DNA of 64,000 bases, taken from contig QPMI01000044.1 of assembly GCA_004431415.1 (NCBI GenBank), positions 186,001 through 250,000 on the forward strand. Reading direction: 5' to 3'. The position numbers and the translations under genes were made by a program. The notes below the pieces were generated by a model, which was not told where the DNA came from, did not search any database, and was given only the letters and a program-made list of their open reading frames with translations. The DNA is from Cyanophora paradoxa CCMP329 (lineage: Eukaryota; Plantae; Glaucophyta). Positions 39,551-51,418 of the stretch are shown here, piece after piece (the stretch's first letter is position 1; the number at the start of each line of letters is the position of its first letter).

Positions 39551-40175
39551 ACATTCATCAGGTCATGGGCGTCGGGCGGGGAGGGCGGGCAAGCTGGACG
39601 GTCTGTGCTCGACCGGCCTACTGCTGAGTGCGCATCGCGCGCTGGCGCTGCCGTCGGCTGGAGACGGGCGCGTTCCGGTACGCTTGGGGGTACCGGAATA
39701 CTACTGACCGGCACTACGGGTGCGGGCTGCGGGTTTGGGTCCGGCTGGGGGCGTGTCTCCCGGGCGCGGCGGCTTCTTCGGCGGGCCGCGGGGTCTGTTG
39801 CTGGCGGGGGTCGGGGCGCCGTCAGAGTCCGACGCGTGAGGCCACAGCGGCGCTGCCAGGCTTGGACGTCCGAGTTTCGCGCCTGCCAAATCTCCTGGAG
39901 CCCAGTCACAAGTACATCAAAGATCCCGTTCGCGCATTTACGAGCAGCGGGGGCGCGGACATGAAGGTACTCGAGGGCCGGGACCAGACTGCGGGGGAGG
40001 AGCAGCCGGACGGACAGGCGGGGCGAGTCGTGCGAGAGGTCGGTGAAAAGGGCCTGTCCGTGAGTCAGCCAGCGGGAGGGGGAGCCGTAGAGACAGGCAC
40101 GGAGGTGGGGGGGTACAGGCCCGGGTCGCGAGCGTTCGTGCACGGTCTGACGCCAGCGGCGTTCGTCAGCGAGGG
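39513..40175 (-). repeat. Duplicate of LINE ORF2 3' segment (30994-31656) joined to the element 5' end
   Basis: 39551-40175 matches 31032-31656 (625 bp, offset 8519). 39513-39550 versus 30994-31031 has 5 mismatches in 38 bp. Confidence 0.93.
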
Positions 40176-41239
40176 GTGACCCGAGGCTGATTGGTATATA
40201 TGCTTAAAAACACGATTCTGCTCCAAAACAGCAGGTTCTACAGCGCAGAAAGGGCACTGAGGTGTCTGATGACGCGTCCGTACCCCCTTCCCTGTGATAT
40301 CAAAATGATCATGATCATCATGATATCGATGGTGATAATGATGACGATTTTGGGGGACCTATATATCCGATGATCATGATCATGATGACATCACTGGGTG
40401 CAGCCTGCTGGCCTGCCTGGCAGTGCCTGCCCATGGCCAGGTATCTATAGCTACCGTAGTACCGGCCGGTAGAGACGTCCACTGCTGCTGGCACTAGGGT
40501 TACCGCACTAGGCCTAGGGGTCCGGCCGCCGGCCATGCCGGCGCCCCCCGGCCGGCCGGCCGTCATGCTTTGGCTTGGACCCTCATGCCATTATGCCGGC
40601 TTTTGGCTTGACATGCCGGCCGCCGGCTCTGCGCATGCCGGACTCCAGCCAGAGCCTTCATGCCGACTATGGCCCCCCCGCTGTGGTCCCTGGCCATGCA
40701 TATGGCCCCTGGCCCCCCTGCTGTGGTCCCAGCCGGGGAGGAGCTCGAGGGCTTGTCTCACTTTGGGCGCCGGCTTGTTTGCAAGCCGAACTTCAGCCGG
40801 GTGCCGTAGTACAGGCTATGCATATGCCTTCATGCCGGCATGCGCAGGTATGCCGGCAACTTGGCGGCTAGCCATGCCGGCATGGTCATGGCATAATGCC
40901 GGCTTTGGCGGCTTGGACTAAGGCATTATGCCCGATTTTAAATTTGACGGACCGGCCGGACCCCTATACCGCACCGACAATTCGGAGCTTCGTCAAACGA
41001 TGGCCCCTCCCCCGGCCCCCCCCCCCTTTCGATCGCGACATCCGATGATCGCGATCGCACCGAAATCCACCTGACATTCGACATTGTCGATGTCGGAGGC
41101 TGGGGGACCGACATTACCGTCAGACGGTAACCCTAGCTGGCACTGCATCGATATCATCAGTCTGCATGTGGCCATGGCCGGTATACTGTAGTAACTGTAA
41201 ACGTACGAATTTCCGCCAGCGTTTAATTTCGACTCTATT
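40175..41239 (+). repeat. Right copy of the ~1.06-kb direct duplication
   Basis: Matches 27447-28510 and continues into uninterrupted MITE sequence at 41240. Confidence 0.95.
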
Positions 41240-41447
41240 CGCCAGACCCTCGCGCTGTCGAATATTTGACGCTGGCGAATTAAGCCTTTGTATGGAGAGA
41301 GGGGTAACAGCGGCTGACCTCTCTATCATCAGTATAGCTATGGCGAAGTCGCAGGGTGTCGAAATCAAGACGCTGGCGGACTAATTTTCGACAGGATTTT
41401 CGGGTTTTGTCGAATTAAAGTGCTGGCGGATATTAGTATGTTTACAG
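41195..41447. mobile_element. Small TIR MITE (CTGTAAAC...GTTTACAG); the LINE target site lies inside it
   Basis: ~38-bp imperfect TIR: ctgtaaacgtacgaatttccgccagcgtttaatttcgac versus gtcgaattaaagtgctggcggatattagtatgtttacag. The left copy at 28466-28510 is cut off by the poly(T). Confidence 0.75.
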
Positions 41448-41777
41448 TATATGTATTGCACCAAAACAAATCGATCGTCCAACCCAAAACCTTGACTTTC
41501 GGAACTTGTACTTTTTAGATGAGAATTGGGCGGCGGATCCTCCGCGGCCGAGGCTCCTTGTCCCGGAGTCCGGAGTCCGGAGAAAAACGAGCTGTGGAGT
41601 CTGGTGACTCCGAGGCTCTGGTCCGACTCGGCGAGAGTCCGAGACTCTGAGACTCTAGATCTAGGCTCATCTAGCCTCTAGGCCGGACTCCCGCCGGAGT
41701 CTCTGTGACTCGGTGAGAGTCCGGTCCGAGACTCCGGATCGGAGATTCGGAGTCCCGGAGTCCGGACTACGTATACC

Positions 41778-43133
41778 GTAGAACACAATATTAAGGTCTG
41801 TACTTTATTATGTCCAGTATGGGTGAGGCCTGCGGCCCCACGGAATGCGTATTGGTAACAACAGGGGGCCCCCCCACCGCTCGAGGGATGGTCGGGGGCC
41901 TGATGGGGTAGGGCGCTAAGCGCCGACAGAAGTGCTACTGGGGTAACTAAGGGCCGAGGCCGGGGGGGGGGGAGGCTGGGATCCGGGAAGAGGGGGCGAG
42001 GGCGGTCAAGGTGCTCCTGGGGAGCGTCGGGGCGGGGCGGGCCGACGAGGGAGGCGAGGCCGAAGAGGGCGGGCCGAGGTGCACGTGGCCATGGGAGAGA
42101 GGGCCAGAGGGCTGGCGCCGGCCGGGGCGGTCCGGGGGAGGGCAGGGAGAGAGCGAGTGCACGGGGCAGAGAGGCAGCCAAGGGCATCGGGCTCGACGTC
42201 GACGGGAAAAGGAAAAGGCCTGGGGGGGGGCAGCTCGGGGAGCCAGGCGGGGAAGATCGAGCTCAGCATGCATAGCCCGAAATATAGACCAGGGGCTGTC
42301 GCGCGAGCCAGACGGGGGCGCCACGCCCGCTGGAGGCAGTCTCTATTGTGCTTGATCTCGCCCCCCGGGGTTGCCAGGCCCGGGGGACAGGCGGGGGCAC
42401 CGGCCGACGGACGCTGATCCAGCCTGTGAGGGGAAAAGGCGCGTCGGTCCGGGCATGCAGCGCGGTGATGTGAGGCTTCCGGGCGTGGTGCCATATACAG
42501 GCGCGACTTGGGCGGGGGCGTCTATGCCTATGATGGCGCAAGGGTCCTTAAGAGGGGGGCGGGAGGCCGGCGACGGCCTGGCGTGACGTCGGCGGCAGGG
42601 CGCTGGCCGGGAGGGGCACCCGCTTCACCGAGGACGAGTCCAAGGGCGAGACCCTGGGCAAAAAGGAGGTGGGGATCAGTTCCTGGCTAGCGCGGGCGAG
42701 GGGCAAGGGACGCAAGGGCTGGGATCCGACTGCAGGGGACCGTAGGACGTGGCGCGCGAGCAGTGGGGCGCCACAGGCCAGCCGTCAGGTCAGATCGAGA
42801 GCTCGAGGGTCGACGTGGTGGCGCTCGGCGACGGCGGCCGGCCGCAGGTTCCGGCCGCGCGTCTTCCATGGCGCTGCGTAATGCAGAATATTAAGGTCTG
42901 TACTTTATTATGTCGTCCCGAAATTATGTCGCCTCGGACGGGACAAAACGACATAATTTGGGGACGTCATAATACGGGCTCACTAAGCCGCCCCATACAG
43001 TACCCCCAATTTTACCGCCCCATACAAGCCTGAAAATTTCATGCCGACATAATTTGGGGATGTCATATTTCGCATAGAGAAGGCTCGGGTTTTCAAACGA
43101 CATAAATTTGCATGACATAATATTGTGTTCTAC
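41778..43133. mobile_element. TIR-bounded non-autonomous element (GTAGAACACAATATTA, 16 bp) carrying a 1.07-kb GC-rich insert
   Basis: TIRs at 41778-41793 and 43118-43133; internal attatgtcg/cgacataat repeats; no clear TSD. Confidence 0.6.
41815..42886. mobile_element. Unclassified 1072-bp GC-rich insertion with a 28-bp flanking direct repeat
   Basis: aatattaaggtctgtactttattatgtc at 41787-41814 and 42887-42914. Confidence 0.7.
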
Positions 43134-43201
43134 TAGGCTACGGTAGTACTCCGGCCCGAAGTCCGGAGTCCGGACACTTTTGAATTAGCCCTGCCAATTT
43201 C

Positions 43202-46200
43202 GGGCGAAGCCTCTTCCGTTGGTCGATGGCCAACTCCCGAAATTATTGTCGGATTTGAACCGGCGTTTTTTTCACTGAACCTCCACGAACCTCCGTGATG
43301 ACGTTACATGGGCGAAGCCTCTTCCGTTGGTCGATGGCCAACTCCCGAAATTATTGTCGGATTTGAACCGGCGTTTTTTTCACTGAACCTCCACGAACCT
43401 CCGTGATGACGTTACATGAATGTAACGTCCGTGTTACGTTATGGTCACGAATTAGTCACGTCCACATCACCGATCAAATTTTTCAAATTTTCGATCGCTC
43501 TCCCCTGGGCGTCGCGCGAAAATCGAGTTTCCCTCCAGGATCAATTCCGGTATTTATGCCCCGCCTCGATCGCGAAACTCCAAAAAGTGGGACCCGGTCC
43601 CGCCCGGTCCCGCGACGAAAGCCCGCCACAGACGCCCCAGAGCAATGCAGGATGAGAGCCAAGAGCGCGCGCACTCCGGCAACCTCGATTTTGGCCGCCG
43701 CCGACGCTCCAGTCCGAAGAGTCGGCCGAAATTTTGATCCTGCCGGTTCCGGCCGGTCCCCCGACGCGCGCATTCGATGCGTACTGGCGCGCATAGACAT
43801 AGCAGGGCCTGCGCACTCCAGATATCCGCTTTTCGGAGCCGGAACAGTGCAGGAAGGTGCCCGATGGCAAAAATTCGATCCTGCACAGCCCCGGGCAACT
43901 TTCCGCGCGCCAACGCCGCGGCGCATGCGCGAAACAATAGTATAAGCATTTGAGATGTAGAAGAAGCCTTCCGCACGGTCTCTAAATGCGCCGGGCCGCG
44001 GGGACCCAGCCGTCCCCGAAAATTCGATCCTGCACGGACCTGCGCATCTTTCCGCGCGCCCTCGCGTCCTCACCCATGCCCATCGCTACAGTAATCATTT
44101 GAGAGCTTCCTTAAGCCTTCCGCAAGCTCTGTGGGCGCGAAAGAGCACGAGGACCCAGCCGACGCCAAATTTTCGATCCTGGACAGGCCGGCACATATTT
44201 CCGCGCGCCCTCGCCTCCGCAGCCCTGGAAATCGATCCTGTGTGCATCCGAGATTCTGTTTAAGCGATTTATAAGCTCTGCGCATGCGCCTGGCCGCGAG
44301 AACCTCGCCCGTACCCTCAACAATCTCCTCTCAATTTCCTCAGAGCCTCGAGCTCAACTACAGCTAGCTGATTGGCAGCACCACTCCTCCCCTCATTATA
44401 TTCTCACCAATTCCCCTAACTACAGCTAGCTGATTGCCAGCAAGTTGGCCATGGCAGCACCACTCCTCCCCTCATTATATTCTCTCTCATCTGCAGGAAT
44501 TCCCTTTATCACATAATTATATTCTCGAAGGACAGCGCCTCTCAGGACAACTCCTCCCATAATTGTATTCTCACTCATCAGCCCTCCCCTCCCCTCTCCC
44601 TGCCCCACCGACCCAAAGACAGCCACGACGGGCCGCGATGATAAAGGGGGACGCGAAGAGGGCGGCTGAGGCTTCGCCCGATGTTTGGGACCCGCAGGGG
44701 CCCAGGGCTTGTCGTGCGAAGCCTCTTCCGTAGGTCGATGGTGAACGTCCCCATCTATTTTTTTTCCAGTCGAGTCCGATTCGTCCGAGCGTCCAGATTC
44801 GCAACCTCCGCAATGAAGGCGAACGGTCTCCGACGTGACACAGTAGAACTGACAGTCGGCCAACCTCCACTGGTTTATTTTCGCACTCATAGCTCCCCTA
44901 GAGTTCGGCCCGTGGGCGTCGCGCGAAAATCGAATTTCCCTCATGGATCAATTCCTGTATTTATACCCCGGCTCGATCGCGAAACCCCAAAAAGTGGGAC
45001 CCGGTCCCGCGACGAAAGCGCGCCAGGGATGTCCCAGAGCGGTCACAATGACAGCCAAGAGCGCGCGCATTGCGGCAAACTCGATTTCGGGCGCCGTCGA
45101 CACTCCAGTGCGAAGAGTCGGCCAAAATTTTGATCCAGCCGGTCCCGCCCGGTCCCGCAATGCGCGCATTCGATGCATACGGGCGCGCATAGACATAGCA
45201 GGACCTGAGCACTCCAGATATCCGCTTTTCGGAGCCGGAACAGTGCAGGAAGGTGCCCGACGGCAGAAATTCGATCCTCCACGGCCCCGGGCAACTTTCC
45301 GCGCGCCGACGCCGCGGCGCATGCGCGGATCAATAGTATAAGCATTTGAGACGTAGAAGAAGCCTTTCGCACGGTCTCTAAATGCGCCGGGCCGCGAGGA
45401 CCCAGCCGACCCCGAAAATTTGATCCTGGACGGACCTGCGCATCTTTCCGCGCGCCCTCGCTTCCTCACCCATGCCCATCGCTACAGTATTCATTTTAGA
45501 TATAAGCGAAGCCTTCCGCAAGCTCTGTGGCCGCGACAGAGCACGAGAACCCAGCCGACGCCAAAAATTTTCGACCCTGGACAGACCTGCACATATTTCC
45601 GCGCGTCCTCGCCTCTGCAGCCCTGGACATCGATCCTGTACGCATTCCAGACTCTGTTTAAGCGATCCGCAAGCTCTGTGCATGCGCCTGGCCGCGACAA
45701 CCTCGCCCGTCCCCTCGACAATCTCCTCTCAATTTCCTCATGATCAGAGCCTCGAGCTCAACTACAGCTAGCTGATTGGCAGCACCACTCCTCCCCTCAT
45801 TATATTATCTCTCAGCTGCAGCAATTCACCTGATTACATAATTATATTCTCTCAGGACAACTCCTCTCAGAACACCTCCTCCATAATTACATTCCCTCTC
45901 AGCACCCCTCCCCTCCCCTCTCCCTCTACTGATCATGACAGCCGCGACGGGCCGCGATAAATAATTATAAGGGGGACGTGCCCTGCAGGAAAACTGCTCC
46001 CCTATTTATATTTCCTCAGCAGCCCTCCCCTCCCCTCTCCCTGCCCCACGGACCCACCGACAGCCGCGACGGGCCGCGATGAATAAGGGAGACGCGAAGG
46101 GGGCGGCAGAGGCTTCGCCCGATGTTTGGGACCCGCAGGGGCCCAGGGCTTGTCGGGGGAAGAGGCTCGGGCGAAGCCTCTTCCGTACGTCGATGGTGAA

Positions 46201-47034
46201 CGTTTCCATTTATTTTTTTTCCACTCGAGTCCGATTCGTCCGAGCGTCCAGATTCGCGACCTCCGCAATGAAGGCGAACGGTCTCCGACGTGACATAGAC
46301 GTGACTGGTACCCGGCGAACCGCTCTCCCATCAGCGTCGCGCGAAAATCGAATTTCCCTCCAGGATCAATTCCGGTATTTATACCCCGGCTCGATCGCGA
46401 AATCCCAAAAAGTGGGACCCGGTCCCGCGACGAAAGCGCGCCAGGGACGACCCAGAGCGGTCACAATGACAGCCAAGAGCGCGCGCATCGCGGCAACCTC
46501 GATTTCGGCCGCCCTCGACGCTCCAGTCCAGAGAGTCGGCCGAAAATTTGATCCTGCCGGTCCCTCCCGGTCCAACATCGCGCGCATTCGATGCGTACTG
46601 GCGCGCATAGACATAGCAGGGCCTCCGCACTCCAGATATCCGCTTTTCGGAACCGGAACAGCGCAGGAAGGTGCCCGATAGCAAAAATTCGATCCTGCAC
46701 AGCCCCGGGCAACTTTCCGCGCGCCGACATCGCGGCGCGTGCGCGCATCAATAGTATATGCATTTGAGATGTAGAAGAAGCCTTCCGCACGGTCTCCAAA
46801 TGCGCCGGGCCGCGAGGACCCAGCCGACCCCGAAAATTCGATCCTGGACGGACCTGCCCATCTTTCCGCGCGCCCTCGCGTCCTCACCCATGCCCATCGC
46901 TACAGTATTCATTTGAGATGTAAACAAAGCCTTCCGCAAGCTCTTTGGCGAAGACAGAGCACGAGAACCCAGCCGATGCCAAATTTTCGATCCTGGACAA
47001 GTCTGCATGTATTTCCCCGCGCCCCCGCCTCCGC
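43202..47034 (+). repeat. Diverged ~1.41-kb tandem repeat (3 units), preceded by a 108-bp tandem duplication
   Basis: Anchor cgtcgcgcgaaaatcga at 43510, 44917 and 46335. 43202-43309 is repeated at 43310-43418. The third unit resumes at 62294. Confidence 0.9.
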
Positions 47035-47634
47035 CACAGCTCGCGAAAAAAAGTCGGTCCCCACAACTCGGTTTGTATGACAGGGGGGGGGGGCAAGTCG
47101 ACTTGGAAAATCCCTACGCCAGTCAATTAAACCTTTTCATATATATGGCATATATATGCATTCTTATAGAGCTTATTTCTTTCTATCAGTAGTTTTAACG
47201 AGATCGAGGAGAAATGCCGGTCGCTGGCACAGAGGAGAAGTTCAACACACAGCACGCCTCTTGACACCAGCGCCCACATCAGCATTGCGTAGGCCCGAGG
47301 ATCGAAGACAGCCAGGCAGTATAGTTTGGATGCGTCCGGGCGTACTGTGGCCTAGCGCGCCTTCGTTCTGCCGCAGAGCGGCCGACGCACGACGCCCGCA
47401 GCTGCAGCGAGCACGACGCACTCATGATCAGCTACGGCTCGTGGTGCGCTCTTGGTGCGAAGTGCGTGGTGCGGTCCCGGATAACGCCCTGCGCCCGGGC
47501 CCGTTGCGCCCCTGTCGCTGACAAACACGCAGGCTGACACTCCCGTAGTAGCCACTGCATGCACCTGTAGTAGCTACTGCACCTGTAGTAGCCACCATGC
47601 GGCTCTAGATCTGCGGTCCGCGCGTCCGAGCCGG

Positions 47635-48748
47635 GGCCGACGCGTGGCGGCGTGTCTCGGTGCTCGAGCAGGGCGCGACGGACGCGGGCAACGCCGGGGC
47701 GCTGCGGACGACTGTGCGCAGGCCTGCGGCTTCGGGCGCGACGGGACGAGCCCTGGCGGGCGGCGGAGGCCAGGCCGACGCGCGGCGGCGGGTCTCGGTG
47801 CGCGAGCAGGGGCCGCGGGCGACGCCGGGGCGCAGCTGACGCCGGGGCACAGGCCTGCGGCTTCGGGAGCGGCGGGGCGGGCCACGGCGGGCGGCGGAGG
47901 CCAGGCCGACGCGCGGCGGCGGGTCTCGGTGCGCGAGCAGGGGCCGCGGGCGACGCCGGGGCGCTGCGGACGACGGGGCGCAGGCCTGCGGCTTCGGGGG
48001 CGGCGGGGCGGGCCCTGGCGGGCGGCGGAGGCCAGGCCGACGCGCGGCAGCGGGTCTCGGTGCGCGAGCAGGGGCCGCGGGCGGCGCCGGGGCGCAGCTG
48101 ACGACGGGGCGCAGGCCTGCGGCTTCGGGGGCGGCGGGGCGGGCCCTGGCGGGCGGCGGAGGCCAGGCCGACGCGCGGCGGCGGGTCTCGGTGCGCGAGC
48201 AGGGGCCGCGGGCGACGCCGGGGCGCTGCGGACGACGGGGCGCAGGCCTGCGGCTTCGGGGCGGCGGGGCGGGCCCTGGCGGGCGGCGGAGGCCAGGCCG
48301 ACGCGCGGCGGCGGGTCTCGGTGCGCGAGCAGGGCCGCGGGCGACGCCGGGGCGCTGCGGACGACGGGGCGCAGGCCTGCGGCTTCGGGGGCGGCGGGGC
48401 GGGCCACGGCGGGCGGCGGAGGCCAGGCCGACGCGCGGCGGCGGGTCTCGGTGCGCGAGCAGGGGCCGCGGGCGACGCCGGGGCGCAGCTGACGCCGGGG
48501 CACAGGCCTGCGGCTTCGGGAGCGGCGGGGCGGGCCACGGCGGGCGGCGGAGGCCAGGCCGACGCGCGGCGGCGGGTCTCGGTGCGCGAGCAGGGGCCGC
48601 GGGCGACGCCGGGGCGCTGCGGACGACGGGGCGCAGGCCTGCGGCTTCGGGGCGGCGGGGCGGGCCCCGGCGGGCGGCGGAGACCAGGCCGACGCGCGGC
48701 GGCGGGTCTCGGGGCGCGAGCAGGGCCGCGGGCGGCGCCGGGGCGCCT
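47635..48748. repeat. GC-rich 130/131-bp tandem repeat, ~8.5 copies
   Basis: ggtctcgg anchor at 47791, 47922, 48053, 48184, 48314, 48444, 48575 and 48705. Confidence 0.95.
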
Positions 48749-49389
48749 TCTTCTCAGGGCCTCTCCGTCCCGCCTGCTCTCTCTGTTCAACGCTCCGACG
48801 GTAGAGCGCCAGTAGCTCGCCAGCGTTCTGAGATCTTGATAGTGAGTTCGTAATTCTCGAGAAACCCGCCGGCGCCCCGCCTGCGCCGTCTGGGCCGGCG
48901 AGCGCTTTGTTAAGCATGTATGAAGCTGTTAATGCATCTAAATGATGTATATCTCGCGTCCCAGGCGCTAGATGCGACCGGGCGGGCGAGAATCGTCCTG
49001 GGGCCAGGTGGGGCCGCAGATTGCAGCGGATCTTGAATGCCGGTCCAGGCTTTAATCGGCGGCCTTCGGTACCACCACCACCGTCTTCAGCACCCTCGAA
49101 AACCCCCGGGGGCGTGAAATCGCCGCTACTGAGTGAGTCGATGCTTCAATAAGGCATCATGAGCAGGTCGGGGAGGCATCTTGAAACTTGAAAACTGAAA
49201 AGTTCCAGAGAGGGTCCTACGAGTAAAGTTCAAAACATCGGTCCGGCCCAAAAACACTTCGGATCACCCTGGATCTTATAAATACATGTGATAATGATTC
49301 TGGCTTGAAGAGCGGCCAGCTGAGGCCAGCCAGTCGCCCAGGAACTCACTAGCTCACTGACTGTGAGCAGGCGATCTCCGCTGAGGATG

Positions 49390-49835
49390 CACCGCCGGGG
49401 GCCGCGATGCATCAGCACACGCTCTATCAAGGCTCGCATCGATCTGCGTTAGCGGTGGCCAAGCGAACCCCCGCGGCCGGGAGCGAAATTAGATCGCAAA
49501 GGCCCCCCCCCTCATGATCATGATCACGCCTTCTGGAGGAGCAGGCGATTCCCGCTGCAGATGCACGCGCCGGAGCCGCGCTTCAACCGCACATGCTCTT
49601 TCAAGATGTGCATCGATCTGCGTTAGCGGTGGTCCAGCGAACCCTCGCGGTCTAGAGCGAAATTAGATCGCGCAGGTGCCCCCACCCCAAGCCTTCTGAA
49701 GGAGCAGGCGATCTTCGCTGTGGTTGCACCCCCGGGGGCCGCGCTTCAACTGCACATGCTCTTTTGAGGTGTGCATCGATCTGCTTTAGCGGCGGCCCGG
49801 CGGCGCTCGCAGTAAGCAGCGAAATCAAATCTCCC
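49390..49835. repeat. Degenerate ~165-175-bp repeat, about 3 copies
   Basis: catcgatctgc(g/t)ttagcgg anchor at 49437, 49611 and 49774, each followed by agcgaaat. Confidence 0.7.
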
Positions 49836-50321
49836 AGGTGCCACCCACCCACTGGAGCAGGTGCCGCTGGCGGCGGGGGTGCGTGCCGCCGCCCGTACGC
49901 GAGCTCTGCGCGTGCTCTAGATGTGCCTCATGGCCCTAGACGTCTCAACCCGCATCGCCCCGCCGTTGCAGCCATGCCATCTGGAACCGCGGCCGCATGA
50001 CATGCTTAAGCTTGATTGCACACGAGCGCGCGTCTGCCTGGGCGCGGTGGGACACGAAGCGGGTCTGAGCGAAAGAAGCATGCCTCCGCGGCGTGCGTCC
50101 CGGTGCCTGCGGCAGGCGCCGGCGGATCCGATCAGGCCTATAGCTAGGGCGCCGGCGCGGAGTGTGCGAACGCGGAGCTCGCGGGCGCGGCAGCGTGGCG
50201 CTTCGCCACGCACCTATTCGTGATGTATAGCTTAGCTATGAGCGGTCCTGCGCCATCTTGGCGAACCGGCTCTCGTCGGGCCGCGGGCTGCGGCTGTAGT
50301 CAGCGCGCGCGGGTCGGGGGC

Positions 50322-50747
50322 AAAAAATGAGATAGTGGGGGTTCCAGCCCACCCACCTCTTCACCACCCTCACTCCTCCAAACCACCCCAACCCACCCAC
50401 TCCAACGCCTTCCAACACACATTCTCTTCCATCCCTTCGTTACGTCTACCACCACAACCTCTCCAAACCAACCATCCAGCAACCGCTAGGTAGTATCTAA
50501 CGTCTAGTCCGATCGATTTTGCAAAAGATATAGCAGTGATTTTAGGCGGACCCCCAAAGCGCCGGTCTCGGAATAATCTTCAACATCATTTAGACGTTAA
50601 TTGTGTGTATTTCGAATCTAAAAAACAAAGAGGTTTCAAGGGTTATGCTACACGTAATTACTATATCATCGGAATCTAATTACATACTCGAGTTCAGGTT
50701 CTAGCTAGACGCTAATTATTCCCACCGATGACGTAGTCCAAGTTTAG
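50322..50747 (+). repeat. Left terminal inverted repeat of the virus
   Basis: Reverse complement of 61342-61768; starts AAAAAATGAGATAGTGGGGG. Confidence 0.95.
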
Positions 50748-51348
50748 TGAAACCACTTAACATTGGTTTGTATTCGATCGACGGCCCGACAGGATCAGCG
50801 CTGCTAGAGGCGATGCGCAAGATCGATGTGTTTGCTACAGGTAATTCGCTAGCATTCTCATCCACCTCGGGGATTGCGACGATCGTCTTAGCAGGAACAG
50901 CAGATGATGGAGGAGAAAGCTTTTTATCAATTTTGGTCTTAGCAATCGGTTCGTTTAAAATCTTGTTTTCCATTTTAGTCTCAACCGCTATACCAGCAAT
51001 AAGATCACCAGCACGCTTCTTTGAAATTGTTTTCAACCCAGTCACTGTTTTAATGAAATATCTGCTACGATTACCAGTCTCTGATACATACAGCGGACCA
51101 TCGTCAGTATCCTTCAGTTTACTAGTTTTGCTTTTCTTTGTCCGCGAATTTTGGATCTTATCTAGAATAGCGTTTTCGTCGGCAGTAAGAGCAAAATCGA
51201 TAGACGCACCCTCACCACCAGCAGTCCGACGAACTAAAGGATAGGATTCAGTATCACCGCTCAAAAATTCAATATTATTCTTTTTATTGGGTGAGTTTGT
51301 AAGTTTTCTAGAAGCCGAAGGCAAGTAGCCACTTGTGCTACGCACCAT
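50716..51348 (-). CDS. Viral hypothetical protein, 210 aa, Lys/Ser/Thr-rich; stop lies inside the TIR
   Basis: ATG at 51348 (MVRSTSGY...) just downstream of the penton stop; no recognised domain. Confidence 0.65.
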   Translation of the reverse strand: MVRSTSGYLPSASRKLTNSPNKKNNIEFLSGDTESYPLVRRTAGGEGASIDFALTADENAILDKIQNSRTKKSKTSKLKDTDDGPLYVSETGNRSRYFIKTVTGLKTISKKRAGDLIAGIAVETKMENKILNEPIAKTKIDKKLSPPSSAVPAKTIVAIPEVDENASELPVANTSILRIASSSADPVGPSIEYKPMLSGFTKLGLRHRWE

Positions 51349-51418
51349 TTGTTTTAAATAAGGAACAGAAAAAAGTCGACAGACAAGCTGCCTCGGCTGC
51401 GCATTCGCGAAAGTGAAT

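Larger units (their letters stand above)
28511..40174 (-). mobile_element. Non-LTR retrotransposon (APE-type LINE), ~11.7 kb, poly(A) tail at left, chimeric/truncated 5' end
   Basis: T13 run at 28509-28521; ORF1-ORF2 arrangement with APE, RT, RNase H and CCHC; flanked by a 1.06-kb direct duplication. Confidence 0.93.

Noticed and set aside
38284-40143. 619-aa ORF as a genuine gene
   Set aside because: It is a fusion of a duplicated ORF2 fragment with truncated ORF1
43202-47034. ORFs in the 1.41-kb repeat; rDNA spacer or CRISPR interpretation
   Set aside because: Frames are not conserved between units, no rRNA sequence is recognisable, and there is no repeat-spacer pattern
47432-48917. Unspliced 447/452-aa repeat ORFs
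   Set aside because: The 130/131-bp unit is not a multiple of 3 and extreme GC keeps all frames open; only the spliced model is retained, as a hypothesis
50300-50482. Twin small ORFs at 50300-50482 and 61607-61825
   Set aside because: Translations of the TIR low-complexity tract that run out into host DNA
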